This document shows, piece by piece, positions 1 to 13,392 of a DNA stretch of 64,000 nucleotides. Position 1 is the first letter of the stretch; each line of letters starts with the position of its first letter. The stretch lies in the NCBI RefSeq assembly GCF_016432865.1, contig NC_067401.1, forward strand, positions 30,194,001 through 30,258,000, given 5' to 3'. Below the pieces are notes generated by a model. That model did not search any database. It had not been told where the DNA came from and was given only the letters and a program-made list of their open reading frames with translations. The DNA comes from Antechinus flavipes (lineage: Eukaryota). The translations under genes were made by a program, and so were the position numbers.

Positions 1-979
1 GGGAGATCTTGTCATATTTCTTTTAGGCTCTGCTTGTTCTTAATCATTTGCAGCATTCACTTTTTTTATTTTCTTGTGACTTTTTATTTATTTTGTATTC
101 ATATACCCTGTTTACCTGGTTTTTCTTCTCTCTTCATCAGTTTATGTCATTCTTCCCATGCTTCTTTATATTGGTCATATTTGTCCTTTCGTACAACACA
201 GTAATGTAATATTACATTCGTGTACCATGGTTTGTTTAGTCTTCCCCAATTGATGAACATCTACTTTGTTTTTATTTCTTTGCTTTTCACAAAAAGTGCT
301 GCTACAACATAACAAAAAAGGAAATACAGTAGTTTTAAGTGCTGCTAGAAATATGCTGATATTTGTTTCTTTGTTATTCATGGGTTCTTTGATAGATAAG
401 CCCAATAAGTATCAAAGGGTTAGAGTTTGCTTTTTTAACCTCTATCAGATGTTACATTTTACCCTGAGTGAATTGTAGCAGACCCTTGTGCCACCATGTT
501 GCAAGTTCTGGCTCCCTGTCCTGTTAGCTAGCTATCCTTTAGCTTTGTTTTATCATCACATTTAATAAGTTTCATCTAGGTCCCTGATGCCAGTGCACAG
601 GCCTATTTTTTACACAAAAATAATGTATGTGGAGTTCCAGTAATTGACTGGCCCTTTCAAATGTAGATAAGATTCAGTTTGGCTAGAGTTGGCTTTTATA
701 ATTAATTACCGACCTTTCCTGTTTCTATAGCACCTTTTTCCTCCCAAACTCTGTGCTAAATGCTTTACACCATCCTATAAGTTAGGGACTGCTGATAAAC
801 CCATTTTACAGTTGAGGAAATCTAAGGAGATGAAAGTGATGTAACCTGCCCGAGATCCCACAATTCATGGTTGTCTGGAAATGTCTAAATGCTTAGAAAC
901 CATTGCGAACTAATTTTGCCAGGAATCGAAGTAGTGTTCTCTGTTACCTAGTTTACAACACATTTGCCCTTCTCCGGGC

Positions 980-2530
980 TACTTAAGTTTCCCAGGATTT
1001 TTCATATCTGCAGTTCTTTTGCAGTAGCTGTTGTCTATGGATACTCTCTGGGATGATTTACCTTATAGAATTTTTGTCCATGCATGAAATCCTACTTACT
1101 TTTCTAAGACTCTTTTAAAATCTTTCCCCTCAGATTTAGTTTATTTCAGAGAATGCCTGGTTTCTTCTCTTCTACCAGAAAAATCAAGGAGTGAATAGTC
1201 ACTTAACCTCAATGTATTCAAGCTTTTTCTACACCATATACTTGTTCCTCCCTATTTATGAAAATCAGATTTAGTATAGACTTCACACTCGCTGGTTTTT
1301 CCATCTTTAAGGACAAAATTCTTATTAGGGCAAGTCAGTCTGATCTACTTCTGTCCAGATGTGTAGATAATTTGACGTATTCCATCACTGCTATATCCTA
1401 CCTATATGCCAGGTTTGTGATCTATTTCCCTAACTTGTTTATTTCTACTTTCTATCTAGGTAGGCTAGAATATCCTTCTAACAAAGTATTTTCTTTTATC
1501 CCTTTGCTGATCTTCACCTCAATGTTCTTTGTCCTGAGCTCTGCTTCCTTTCACCCTTTTCCTGATTTCCCTATGTTGAATATACTATCACTGTCATACT
1601 CTTCCCCCTCTGTCTCCTCTCTTACCCCCCTTTAACTCTTTCTTCTAAAAACAAAACTCTTCCAGAGCTTCATGACAATGGTAGATTTTATCCTACCAAA
1701 TCTCAGTGAATCCTTAGGAGGCTTGTATTAATGTCTTCAGGTCCTCTTGTCTGTTTAAACTCAAACATTTACAATACAGACATTTGAAGTCATGGGCTTT
1801 TACTACTGATGATTTCTTTGGATTTTGTCTCTTGGGACAAACTCTCTGTAACTACTCTCTGTAATATCTAGCTTTGGGGATGTCATAGGTAGCCTTTGTT
1901 CTTTCCACCTTGAAACTGCTCCCATCCTTTCCCCACTTGCAAAAACACCAGGCAACCACCTTCTTATCAGCCTTTGTGAGGATAAGGAATATATCATCTT
2001 TAAGCCATAGTCTAGAAGTCCAAATTCTATTAGAATCTAATCTACCTTCTTAGCCAGCTGTTCTCTTCTTTATCCCTTGATTTCAATGGCCATCAGTGAG
2101 GAAAATGTAATCTTTGTTTCTATATTTTTTGGTTTCTTGCTGTAGACTTCACAACTATTGGCAACGGTTTTAGGTTCTTTGGACAGTATCTTCTGTACCC
2201 ATGAATCCCCAGGAGATAGTTGTCATCCATTCTAAAAAGTGTAAGAATGTTCTCATTTCTTGGCTAAATGTCCTGGTAAGACTGACAAGTCTGGGGGACT
2301 TGATGAGAAGAAGGGGCAGGACAAGGAGTCCCACCTTATTTTCCTTTTCTGGGTGGTTTCTCACATGACCACTTCTCTGAAGGTTATCAAACTTCATAGA
2401 GCCCTTCCTGGTCCTCATAGCGCAGCTTTCCTTTTTCTTCCCTTCCTCCATTAGCTCCATCTATTCTCCAGCCACCTGACAAAGATCAAGTTTTATTTAC
2501 CTTCTCCAACTCCATCTCTTTTTTCTTTGT
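980..2530 (-). mobile_element. Degenerate CR1/L3-type LINE remnant in the FAM222B intron (boundaries approximate)
   Basis: Minus-strand translation around 1290-1030 gives ILNLIFINREEQVYGVEK...LSDYSLLDF...LNLRGKDFKRVLEK, which resembles the CR1 ORF2 endonuclease segment LDLILTNREELV...LGESDHSILEF...LDFRKADF. It has many stops and frameshifts. Family recognised from memory. Confidence 0.55.
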
Positions 2531-5231
2531 TGATTTCCCACTTTTTTTTTCCCCTTTAGGAATGCCCTTTGTTCTTAAGGACCTTCATTGTGGAGGCCAT
2601 TCCCTCATCCTGGAGAGGGCAGTTTATACTGGGAACAGAGAGAGCCTCTTGGCTGTGTAAGAAACATTGCCGTTTTAGAGAATCTGATTTCAATTTGAGA
2701 AGCCTGAGGTTATCTCCTCCAAGGTCTGCATTGTGCTTAATTTCTGTATAGTGTGGAAACAGACCCAGAGGTTACTAAGAGCCCAGATTTGAACCTAGCT
2801 CCTCTGGCTCTAAATTCGGCAAATTAGTTCTTGCATGATGCACCCTGGCCTTGTTTTATTAGAACTCCTTGTGTTTCTCCTCCCCCAGCAGAGCAGCTGC
2901 TTAATAACTTGTCAGAGCCACTTTACTTCTTTTCCTGAGTTTCAACAGCTCCATAGTGGCCCCCCAGCTGACCACTTCTTTGACCAGCTTTCCCTACTCA
3001 TGAATCTACAACTTACTCTGCTTACTTTATCTTTCTACCTTGTCAGCCTTTGCCTTTTCCTTTCTGAGTCTCTTATCTGGTGTTCTCCCTCCTCCCAAAC
3101 CAGAGTTCTCCCTCTCCTCAAAAGTTCTAGACCATGTGAGCCTTTTGAGGTGGTGCAGATTTTCTTTGGACTTCTGTTTCCTCATTTATCAGGTAATCTC
3201 TGAATTAGTTTTCAGTTCTTGCAATCTCAAAACTATATGCCCTTGTCTCCAGCCAGTAATTACTTTGTATTATCTCATTTGAGCTTCAGGAAGTATTGCA
3301 AGTGATATTGTCTCTATATTTTAGATGAATAAGCAAACTCCCCATAAGTCATATCCCTAGTTCAGAGTCCCCCAGATGGTTTGTCTCAGAGGTGAGCTTC
3401 AAACCCAGGGCTCTCTTGGAACTTTATCCTGCAGTCTGCCTTTGAATGAAAGCTTCCTGGAAGGGATCACTCCTTTAGTGTTATGGATGTTCCTTCCGCT
3501 TGTCTTTGCTCCAGATAGTGTACTAGATGGTACTAGGACCTCCAGTGTCTTGTGGCCAAAAAATTAGTGAACATTTCTTAAAAAACAGCTGCCCTTTTTC
3601 TTTCTTTTCTGTGCACATAGGAAGTGACAGGTGCAAATGATCTTATCAGAGTTGTCTCAAGCCAACAAAGTGTAAATTGTTCATAGAGAAATAAGGCTTA
3701 AGAACTCTCTTTCTCCCAGCTTTGTTTGATCCACTATGAAAAGCTCTTCCCCAACTTGGTCTGCCTGTCTTCTGTTCAGATGACCGCCTATGTTGTCTGT
3801 GGTCCTGGTGTTTACAAAAACTGTTCTCCTGCAGTGGCCTTCGAGATCTCACAGTCTCCGGTCCTTACAAAGCAGGGACCTTCTCATGTGTCATGCACTC
3901 AGGCAATGATGCGTTTGGAGCAAGCATTGGCTTGGCCAAAAACCCAGTCCGTTTTTCAAGATTAGCATCTAATATATGGCCTAAGACAGATTCCTCAAGA
4001 CCACAGCTACAGCTTCTCCTTAGTCTGATCAGGCAAGCTTAGTCTGCTAGCCAGTGTTCTTCCTCTCCTTGTCTTTGAGTTTCTGTACCCCTCCCCCTAA
4101 CTCTTCTCATTTCTTGATGAAATCAGTGGATGAGTTGATGCCAGAGAAGAGGACCCATGTGTGTGACACTGGGCTTCCCCAGGACCAGGTCTCTCTGAGC
4201 CAGGCCATCAGAGGAAAATGAGTGTTCATGCTAATTTGGAGCAAAGCAGCTCTTGCACCTGCAGACTGTAGGGTCCCTCCAAAGGAGATAAGGAGGGGTG
4301 GAATGGAGGGGGACACCAGCAGTTGAACATGGCTGTTTCCATTCTGTCTGTGCATGGTACCCATTTGAAATTTTAAACATAGGGATGTGGAGCCACTAAC
4401 TTGCCATTTTTCTGCAGCCGGTTACATTATTTGATGCATAAGATTGGGTTTCTTTACCTCTTGAGAGCCACATGACCCTGGATAATTTTTTTCAGTCTTG
4501 GTGCCCCCTCCTCACTTTCCAAAACCGATGAAACCAACGAATACTTAATTGAATGCTTGCTTTTTACGTGACCCCTCCCTCCCCCGCAACTCTCATCCAT
4601 CTCCTGTGCTGCCACTGGGAATTGGCTTTGAACCTTTCCTGTCCATGTACCTACGCCACTATTTGGAAAGCATACAGTTTTTTTGAACTAATTCTGCCAG
4701 TTAGCAGGCATCAGAAGGGTGAGGAGTCACCCTTGTCTTTCAGCTTTGAAGCCCAGTGTTCTTCAGATTGATTTGTAACTCAACAGAACAGTTGTGCTGA
4801 TCAAGGCCAGGCCACCTGGGTTGAGGTCCATGCTTAAAGCCATCCCACAGTCTTACCATTCATTGAACATTAATTAAGCATCTATTATTTCCTTTGGGCT
4901 ATCCCATGGGCTACATAATCCTGAAGGCTCAGGGGGAGGGAACCCCGCACTTTGAAGAGAGATGGTAGAGAAGAAGAGACTGAGCTCTCCAGCAGCTTCG
5001 AGGTTGTTGTTCTCCCCAGAGCCTTGCTCGCTCTCAGCCCCTTCCCAGTGACCATTTCTCCTCCCCAAGGGAGGCAGGAGGAGATGAGAAAGAACAGGGA
5101 ATGTTAAAGTGAATGAAACTCGGAGCAGGTTGTTGCTGTCTTTCCACAGGAAAGCAGATTGTGTTTTTTCACCCTTAGAAAAACAGCAACTGAGGGCTCA
5201 GTTTAACCAAGCCTATTAGAAGATTCTCCTT

Positions 5232-5724
5232 ACTTACATGAACTGATGCTAAGTGAAATGATCAGAACCAGGAGATCATTATGTACCTCAACTACGATAC
5301 TGTATGAGGATGTATTCTTATGGAAGTGGATCTCTTCGATAAAGAGATCTAATTCAGTTTCAATTGATCAAGGATGGACAGAAGCAGCTACACCCAAAGA
5401 AAGAACACTGGGAAATGAATGTAAACTGTTTGCATTTTTGTTTTTCTTCCCGGGTTATTTCTACCTTCTGAATCCAATTCTCCCTGTGCAACAAGAGAAC
5501 TGTTCGGTTCTGTACACATATAGTGTATCTAGGATATACTGTGGCATATTTAACATGTATAGGATTGCTTGCCATCTGGGGAGGGGAGGAAGGGAGGGAG
5601 GGGAAAAATCGGAACAGAAGTGAATGCAAGGGATAATGCTGTAAAAAATTACCCTGGCATGGGTTCTGTCAATAAAAAGTTATTTTAAAATAAAAAATAA
5701 AATAAAAATAGACTAAAAAAAAAA
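5232..5724 (+). mobile_element. 5'-truncated marsupial L1 (3' UTR plus poly-A tail) with probable target-site duplication
   Basis: Typical marsupial L1 3' text (gggaaatgaatgtaaactg...gcaagggataatg...aataaaaag) ending in an A-rich tail. Flanked by AAGATTCTCCTT (5220-5231) and AAGATTTTCCTT (5725-5736), an 11/12 match. Confidence 0.8.
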
Positions 5725-6418
5725 AAGATTTTCCTTGTGAGATGAAGTGCATATGCTCCCCCTTCCCCCAGAAAGCTTCTTCCCAGTCCCCTTGTCTGTC
5801 CCACTGGCAATAAGTAGCTTTTGTCCAGATAGTGAAGCAGCTCTGAAGGTGAATGGGAGGTTACCATGGTGTGCGTGTGCCATCTTTGGGGTTCCTTCCC
5901 CCATCTTGTTTGGACTGTTAGCATCACCCAGAGCTCAGAGCAGAGAGGAAGCCTTCCTGCTTGTAGATCTGTCCCAGGGCTCCCGCCCAAGCCTCCCGTG
6001 TCCTTGGGAACAGCTTGAGCACGTCAGTGGGCTAGGGCAGTGGCCCTTCGGCCCTGGGCTCCTCCCATCCCTGGAGCTCCCATAGAGATGTGGCTAAGCC
6101 GCCTCCCCAGACTTGTCAACTTGCTCTGGAACGTGGGAACGTTCCCTCCGTGTCCCTGCGGGGGGTTGTTAGCGCGCCATTCTCGAATGCTCCGGCCTGG
6201 CAGGCCTTAGGATGAGTTTGGAGTGCAGGGGAAGCCCGTCTCTCCTCCTTTATGCTTGCTGTGTGAGTGCCACGCTTTCATGCAGGGCTCGTAGGGGGGC
6301 AGAAGCCAGAGGGGCTGGTTTGGTCTCCTTGGCACTGATGAGCTCCCCTCTTCCTCCGTCCTTTCCCTGTACCCCTCTCTCCTCTCCTGCCCCCCCATTC
6401 CCCCTTTGTCTCTCTCAC

Positions 6419-6550
6419 NNNNNNNNNNNNNNNNNNNNNNNNNNNNNNNNNNNNNNNNNNNNNNNNNNNNNNNNNNNNNNNNNNNNNNNNNNNNNNNNNN
6501 NNNNNNNNNNNNNNNNNNNNNNNNNNNNNNNNNNNNNNNNNNNNNNNNNN
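6419..6550. other. Assembly gap (132 N) covering the acceptor and first ~40 codons of the FAM222B last exon
   Basis: N run preceded by a pyrimidine tract. Sequence resumes in frame at PQRKHIRRTVNG. About 121 nt of coding sequence is expected to be missing by comparison with recalled human FAM222B, which fits the gap size. Confidence 0.9.
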
Positions 6551-8030
6551 TCCCCAGCGGAAACACATTCGCCGTACTGTGAACGGACTTGACACATCGA
6601 CCCAGCGCTACAGCCCTTACCCAGCCCAGGCCACTGCCAAGGCCGGCCTCCTCGCTATCGTCAAAGTGCCGGCCAAAAGCATCGTCAAGGACTTTGACGG
6701 CTCCCGTGCCCGGCTGCTCCCGGAGGCCGTCATGAACCCCCCGTCGGCCCCGTACGCTGCACCTAGCACTTTAACCCACCCCCAGGCCCAGGCCCTGGCC
6801 CGCCAGCAGGCCCTACAGCACGCACAGACGCTGGCCCACGCCCCGCCCCAGACGCTGCCACACCCTCAGGGTATCCCACAGTCCCAGGCACTGTCCCATT
6901 CCCAGAGCCTCCAGCAGGGCTTGGGCCACCCTCAGCCTCTGGCCCAGCCCCAGGGTTTGGCCCACCCCTCGACCATGGCTCACCAGGGCCTGCAACACCC
7001 CCCCAACCCCTTGCTGCAGCCAGGTTTGCATGGGGGCCGGAAGATGCCAGACGCAGACGCCCCACCGAATGTGACCGTGTCTACCTCAACCATTCCCCTC
7101 TCCATGGCGGCCACTCTGCAGCAGACCCAGCCCCCGGACCTGAGCAGCATCGTCCACCAGATCAACCAGTTCTGCCAGACGCGGGCAGGCATCGGCACTA
7201 CCTCAGTGTGCGAGGGGCAGATCGCCAACCCCAGCCCCATCAGCCGCAGCCTGCTCATAAATGCGAGCACTCGCGTGTCGACCCACAGCGTCCCCACCCC
7301 GATGCCTTCCTGTGTGGTCAACCCCGTGGAGCACACTGTTGCCACAGCAATGCCCACCACCGGTGCTGTTAACCTGCCGATGGTGGGGATCAATCGGGCA
7401 ACAGTCAGCTACTCCAGCGACCTCAAGCCAGTGGCCTGGAACCAGCACCAGTTGGCCCACTTGCAGCAGATGTGCAGTGAGGCTGGTGGCAGTTCTGCCG
7501 GCGGTCTGGCGAGCAAGCTTCCTTCCGGGCGCGAAATGGCAGGGCCAGGTTTCACGAGCAAGGCGCCTGCTTACCCGCAAGAACTTTGCATGGGCCAGCC
7601 CTTCCACCTGAAACCGCCCCTGGAGAAGCCAACCCCGTCCCCACCCGTCAATGGCCCGGCGGCCCCACTGGCCTACCCCAACGGGCATTATTTCCAACCC
7701 CTGTGGAACAACATTCTGCCTACTCCCAACAGCGACAGCTCCGGGTCCCAGGACCTCGCCATGCCCTTCCACGGCGGGCAGCCTGCAGGTGCAACCCTCG
7801 ACTGTGCCGCTGCCGGGGCCCACTATCGTGCAGGGGCTGGGGCCGGCACGGTGCCTGGCCAGAATAACTTGATGCAAACAGTAGATTACCTAAGTGGGGA
7901 CTTCCAGCAGGCCTGCTTCCGTGAGCAGAGCCTGGCTATGCTGAGCAAGGCCCACCGCCCCCCGGGCAGTCGGGCCCCGGAACCTACAGATAGTCGAAAT
8001 CTTCATATTCAACATCCTGGCTATAGATAG
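6551..8030 (+). CDS. FAM222B: Protein FAM222B, large terminal coding exon (partial; the upstream coding exon was not found in this window)
   Basis: Open frame PQRKHIRRTVNGLDTSTQRYSPYP...GGRKMPDADAPPNVTVSTSTIPLSMAATLQ...YFQPLWNNILPTPNSDSSGSQDLAMPF...LHIQHPGYR ending in TAG 8028-8030. Closely matches recalled FAM222B and sits convergent with TRAF4. Confidence 0.95.
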
Positions 8031-11000
8031 GTGCCATTGTTCTTGAGACACAAAATACACCACAGACACATACACACACACAGACACACACACACAGAGA
8101 CACACACAAGTTTAGTCTTAATTTTGAATGAATTGTTTTTTAACTTTCATAAACTCCTTTGTGATCTTTCTAATTCACTATTGTTGGGAGAACTACTCTA
8201 TTCTGATGGCGGGGACACCATTGTCCTTCACCTTTTGCCCGCTCCCCACACTGTCAGCTTTTTAGTTCAAGAAATCTCAAAACAGAGTTTTTCTTGGTTT
8301 CCTCCATGCGCCTTATGTCCTCTCTTCCCTCTGGGTCCCACACTTTTAGTCATTTTGACCCTCATTCTTCACCTCTGCCCTCCCCCAATACCAAACCTAA
8401 CCCTGAATTTCTAAGACAGTTGTGCCCACAAACAGCCACAGGGCTACGAGTGGCCCTCCACACTTAGAATTTCTGAACTTGGCTTCTTTCTGCTTCCTTT
8501 TTCCCCTTGAAATAAACTAGATTACTTAGATTTTCTTAGACCCCACTTATCGGTAGTTCTCAGCGTAGACCTCTTGGAAAATCCATAACATCCCATTCCA
8601 GCTCTTGACTCTGGTTTGATATCCGGTCTGTTCCTGGGCCTGTGGTGGGCTTATCATCACACATGCTGCCTGGGAAGGACCATAAATCTCAGCCCTTCCA
8701 AAATCTGGTCTTATATTTTGTGTTTGATGCTTTGTTCCTGTTCCTTCTCAAAAGCAGTGGGTGCAGAACACACCTGGTAGGGGGATCTGTTTGTCCCTCC
8801 CCAGTCCGCTCACCCGATTTCACACATACCTCTCTCTGTGGGATAAAGGAGGAGGATCACACTGGAGTTTGGAGTTAAAAACCTCCCCCAACCCAATTTT
8901 TAAAAAAGTACAAATGCATTTGGTTCTTTCTCTGTCCACTGGCTAAGACTACTGCTCTACACTGTAAGTTTTAATGTAATATTTTGTATGAATGTAGTGT
9001 GGAAGTTTGAGTAGCGATGTGTGTGAATGGCCCCGAGGGCACATCCACCTACTAGCCACCTCGTGTGTCAGCCCCTCAGCTTAAGAAGGAAAAGAAAAAA
9101 ATAAACACAAAGCCTTAAGCTCTGAACTCTTTCTTTACCAAACAGGAGCATGGTTTTAGTATCTGGAGACCTACTGATTTTGGAATCGACCTTCCCCTGC
9201 CCATCTCCTTCAGAACGAACATGAACACCCATACACACATACACATACTCGCACACACACATACACACACGTACACACAAAGACACTCACCTTTTGCGAT
9301 CAAGTAGCTTCTAGTTGTTTAAAAGACTTTTACAAATGGTTTTCAATCATGAAAACGTAGACATTTCTTTGTAAGGATTTCCTCAATTCTCCCTCCCAGC
9401 CCCAGCCCCACTCTCCTTTGAGTTGTAGTCACATAGTTGGTCTATAATTGTTTTTCTTTTCCCTCCATTTCTTGTTGAGTTGCTGAGTTTAGCCATGTAC
9501 CACACAGACCCTCTTCTGTGTCCCGCCCTCCCCTGCTTCCCCTACTCCTGCATCTCGGGGTCAACATGAGCTGATGACGTCCTTATTTAAGATTTGAGGG
9601 TTTGGGTCTGCTACCCACTGTTGTTTAGCAAGAAACTCCTTTAGTGAGCGGAAGCAATGTGACTGAAGACTGGTTTTTTAAATTATGTGTTGGCGAGTTG
9701 CCTTATATTTAAGAAAAGAAAAAAAGAAAAAAAATGCCTGATTGTGTTATGCCAAATGATGATAGCAACATGAAGTCCTAATTTATTGTTTCTGATTGTT
9801 CTCCTGCAGTCTGTGTGAAAACTGGTAGAGGCCCACCCCCTCGGGGCCCACAGAAGCACTGGAGGCTTGTCTTTTGCCATCTCTTCCCAGACGTCTCTCC
9901 CATGTTCCTTTCTCTTCATCCTCTGCCTTCCCTTTTCTCTCCCACTGCCCCTCTCCTCCAAACTATTCTCTGTCAAAGCCAGGTTTCAGCGTCTCCTCCC
10001 TCCCCCCATCTCCCCTAGGCAAGCAAGCTCTTTCTAGAAGTTAAGCAAGAAACTTTGTCAGTTCTCCCTTCATCCCCTCCCTGCCAGAACAACAGTGGCT
10101 CTCTCCAGGCTCAGACCCATTTCAAGAAATCAGACTGGAGCTGATCTCGCGGGCATTAAAGCCAAACCATCCAATTCAAGTCCCTTTCCTGGTGCAGGGA
10201 TGCAGGAGGCTGAATCCCTTGGCTCCTTCAGTGTCTATGGATCATGTACTGTGAACCCCCTGGCCCCCTCCTCCAGCCCCTTTTTGGGGGATTGTTGAGA
10301 GAGCAAGCAAGTCTCTTCCCCCACCCCCACCCCCCACCAGCAATAAGGGTCCAACATGAGGCTGCCTCACACCCCACCCCTGCCCTGGCCCAGGGAGAAA
10401 TGGGTTCCCTCCACCCCCCGCCCCATGTTCATAAACTGTAGCATTGTCTGCCTCCCTCATCCTGACCCCTTCATTTGGGGCTTCTTGATGGGTGTGGGGG
10501 GTGACATCATGACTAGTAAAAATCTAGCCTTCTGGCCTTGTCCTATTTAATTTAATGCTGTGAATGTCTGAGGTGGATTTTATTTTCCGGTTAGAACACA
10601 GTTTCCAATGTCAGATTTGTAGCCAATTCAGGAAAAGGGGTTCCTCTGGAGATGTTCCCAGCCACCTCTTTTGTTTTTCGGAGGGAGGTCCTCGAATTGT
10701 AGTCCTGTTCTTTTGGCTCTTCCACACAGACGCCCTTTTGCTCCACAACTACTGACAGCTCCAGCAGATAGAGGAGCCCCCTATCTCCCGCCCCGTCGCT
10801 GGGCTTCATCGAGGGGAACGTAGGTGACTGAGTGGAGCCCTAGCTCTTCATTCCAGCGCCTGTTCTGCTCTAGCAAACCCTGCTTGGTTTGGAATTCTTC
10901 AGAACAGGTGACTTTGTTGTGCTCACCGCTGGGCAGGCCTCCCAGAGGCCCTGGGTGAGGGCCAGGCCTCTTGGGTGGACCCTGTGACAGCTGCTGTAAT

Positions 11001-11124
11001 CTCATGAAAACAAACCCCTTCTGGTTATATGAAGCTGCTTCTCACGTGCTACGGGTATAAACTAGAAAACCTTTTTTTTTTTTTTTCCTTTTATTTTGTC
11101 TGCAGGAAAATTTTAAGAAAAAAA

Positions 11125-11130
11125 AATAAA
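11125..11130 (+). terminator. Candidate FAM222B polyadenylation signal (AATAAA); further candidates at 12036, 12047, 12830 and 13367
   Basis: AATAAA in an A/T-rich block (11070-11160) about 3.1 kb after the stop codon. Usage is not demonstrated. Confidence 0.45.
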
Positions 11131-13386
11131 AAAAAGAGCAAAGCCAAAAATGTTGTTTTAACTCCCCTTTTCTGCTCTGTCTGCAGTGTATGCTGGGCCT
11201 GGGCTGGGCATCTGAGGAGGAGCTGCTAAGGGAAGGGCCCGGTACCTCATCAGTGATAATCTGTACCAAGAGGCACAAGTCCCATTCCAATGCCATCTCC
11301 CCGGGTCCTTGAGATATTCCTTTTTGCGTTAAATATGCAGGATTTAAAAGTGCTTCCAGATCCTTGAACTCAGTTGTGATCCTTGTGTTACCTGACGGGC
11401 CTTTTGGGTAGGAACTTTTTTCTACCCGTTGGACTGCTGTGGAAATCGAAACCTATTAATGCCTATTAAATAGACTCGTGATTTCAGGGCCACGTAGTGA
11501 GGACTCGGGACTTCTTATGGGTCTCCTTACTCTGCCGCCCAGGGCTCAGAGGGAGGAGGTAAATGGGATGTATGCTCAAGTCCTACTCACCACTCACTAG
11601 TGATTCCAATTGATTCTGACCCTGTTTCTTCTATAAAATAAAATTCTATGAAAAACATTTGACATTGCAGAGTTGTGGAGACTAAATGAGACTGAATGGG
11701 AAAGCTGGAGGGGCCATCAGAAATGCAGGAAGGCCTTAGAACCAGATCTCGAGCTGAGAGAGCGCAAAGCCCACGAGAGAAGGCCTTGGGTCTGCGGCTC
11801 GGTGCATCCCAGCTCCAGGTGGGGGCCGGCCCGGCACCTAGATGGGATTGTGTGGTGGTGGCCCCGCGGAGCTCTGGCTCCCCACAATGCTTCCTCTCCC
11901 TGCACCGAGTGTTCACGGTTCCCCCTTCTGGAAAGCTGGAGGTACGGCAGGCCCAGGCCCATTTTGTCCTTGCCTCAGCCCCAGGGAGGTAGTGGAGGGA
12001 AGCTGGCCATTAGCCCTCCTCCTACTCCCCCCCCAAATAAAAAAGCAATAAAAAGCTTTCTCCCATGGCCCCCCTTCTCCCCAACACACAGGACATGGGG
12101 GTGAGTACACTCGGGTCTGGGAGCGGCGACTGACTTTAAGATGGCCGGGACATTGGGGAGCTGGGCTGCAGCCTCTGGCCTTCCTCTAGTAGAGGGCTGT
12201 TCTGTTCCCCAAGGACTGTTTTGGGGGCACAGATTGTGGAAGTTGGGAGAGGAGGAAGTAATCGGCTCATCAGGGCCTCTGCCTCCCCACTCGGGCCAGA
12301 GCAGGCATGTGAAAGTCTAGCCCGGAGACCGGCCCGGTCACTTGTTCTAAATGACAGGATTGGTGGGGATCCTCGGACCCCGGGGGTTCTCCCCTGCCTT
12401 GGGTGGGCGTCGTGCTCGGCCCACGGGAACTGCCTTGTAAACGCTGGTCTGACAGACCCCCTCGGCAAGTCCACCCTTCTGAATCTCGCCTCCTCCTGTA
12501 AAATTGAGGTGGTCTTCAACAATCACCTGTTTTTAACAGGACATTTGGGAGACTTTTGTGTGGAGTTTGAGGCATCCCTACATCCCCCAGAAGGCCCCGG
12601 TCAGTGGGGCCAGGCCCTGTCTGCTGGAGCTGCTGCAGCTGCTGCAGCCATGGGGGCCTGAGGGCCAGGGCTGCCCCTGCCTCCTTCCGGCCCTCGGCTC
12701 AGTGCGGGAACCTCGGGCTCTGGCTTGGGTGGTTTCTGGTGTGTGGGGGGCCAATCGGGCACCCGGCAGGACAGGCCCCGTGCATTTCCTAAATGCATAA
12801 AGCTATACAGATAGAGGAAACCGACATGAAATAAAAATGCAAATTCTTTCCCGTGCAAGTTCCCCGGGGCCCTGGACTCACTACTGGCGCCCCCGCTTTG
12901 GAGTCGCCCGCCCCACACAAGGTCCCCTCACGGAAGCTGCTGGAGGGCTGGTGGCCTTCCCAGCATGCTTCGGTCAGCAGGTAGGCCCCGAGGAAGGGCT
13001 GTCAGAGGTCAGGCTGAGGCCGGCCTCGGGTCACAGCTTCCCCGCGGGGAGGCCCCTTTCTAGTTCTCCCAGCTGCCATCCAAGGTCACAGTCAAGGACC
13101 GAGGAAAAAGCAGGCCTGGGGGAGGGGAAGAACGCGCTTCCTCTGTCCGGCCACCAGAGGGGGCACGGCCCAAACAGCGGCGAGGGGCTGCTTGTGGCCG
13201 CCAGAGGGCGCTGCTGTCCGATGCAGCCAGGGCAGAAGCGGGCCCCAGGGGCCGGAGGCCGCCTCGGAGTTGTGGGTCTAAGGTGGGGCCGGGCAGTGAC
13301 CGAGGGGAGACGAATCCCACCCCCCATCCCCGCCCCTCCCCCCCACAGGCAGGGCTGGACAAAGTTAATAAATACACAATCCAGAA

Positions 13387-13392
13387 TTTATT
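13387..13392 (-). terminator. Candidate TRAF4 polyadenylation signal (AATAAA on minus; another at 13619-13624)
   Basis: TTTATT on the plus strand about 490 nt beyond the TRAF4 stop codon. Confidence 0.55.

Noticed and set aside
1-6418. Upstream coding exon of FAM222B (recalled MLACLPGPGDLS...NTGLQKW)
   Set aside because: Not found by eye in this interval; it probably lies upstream of the window.
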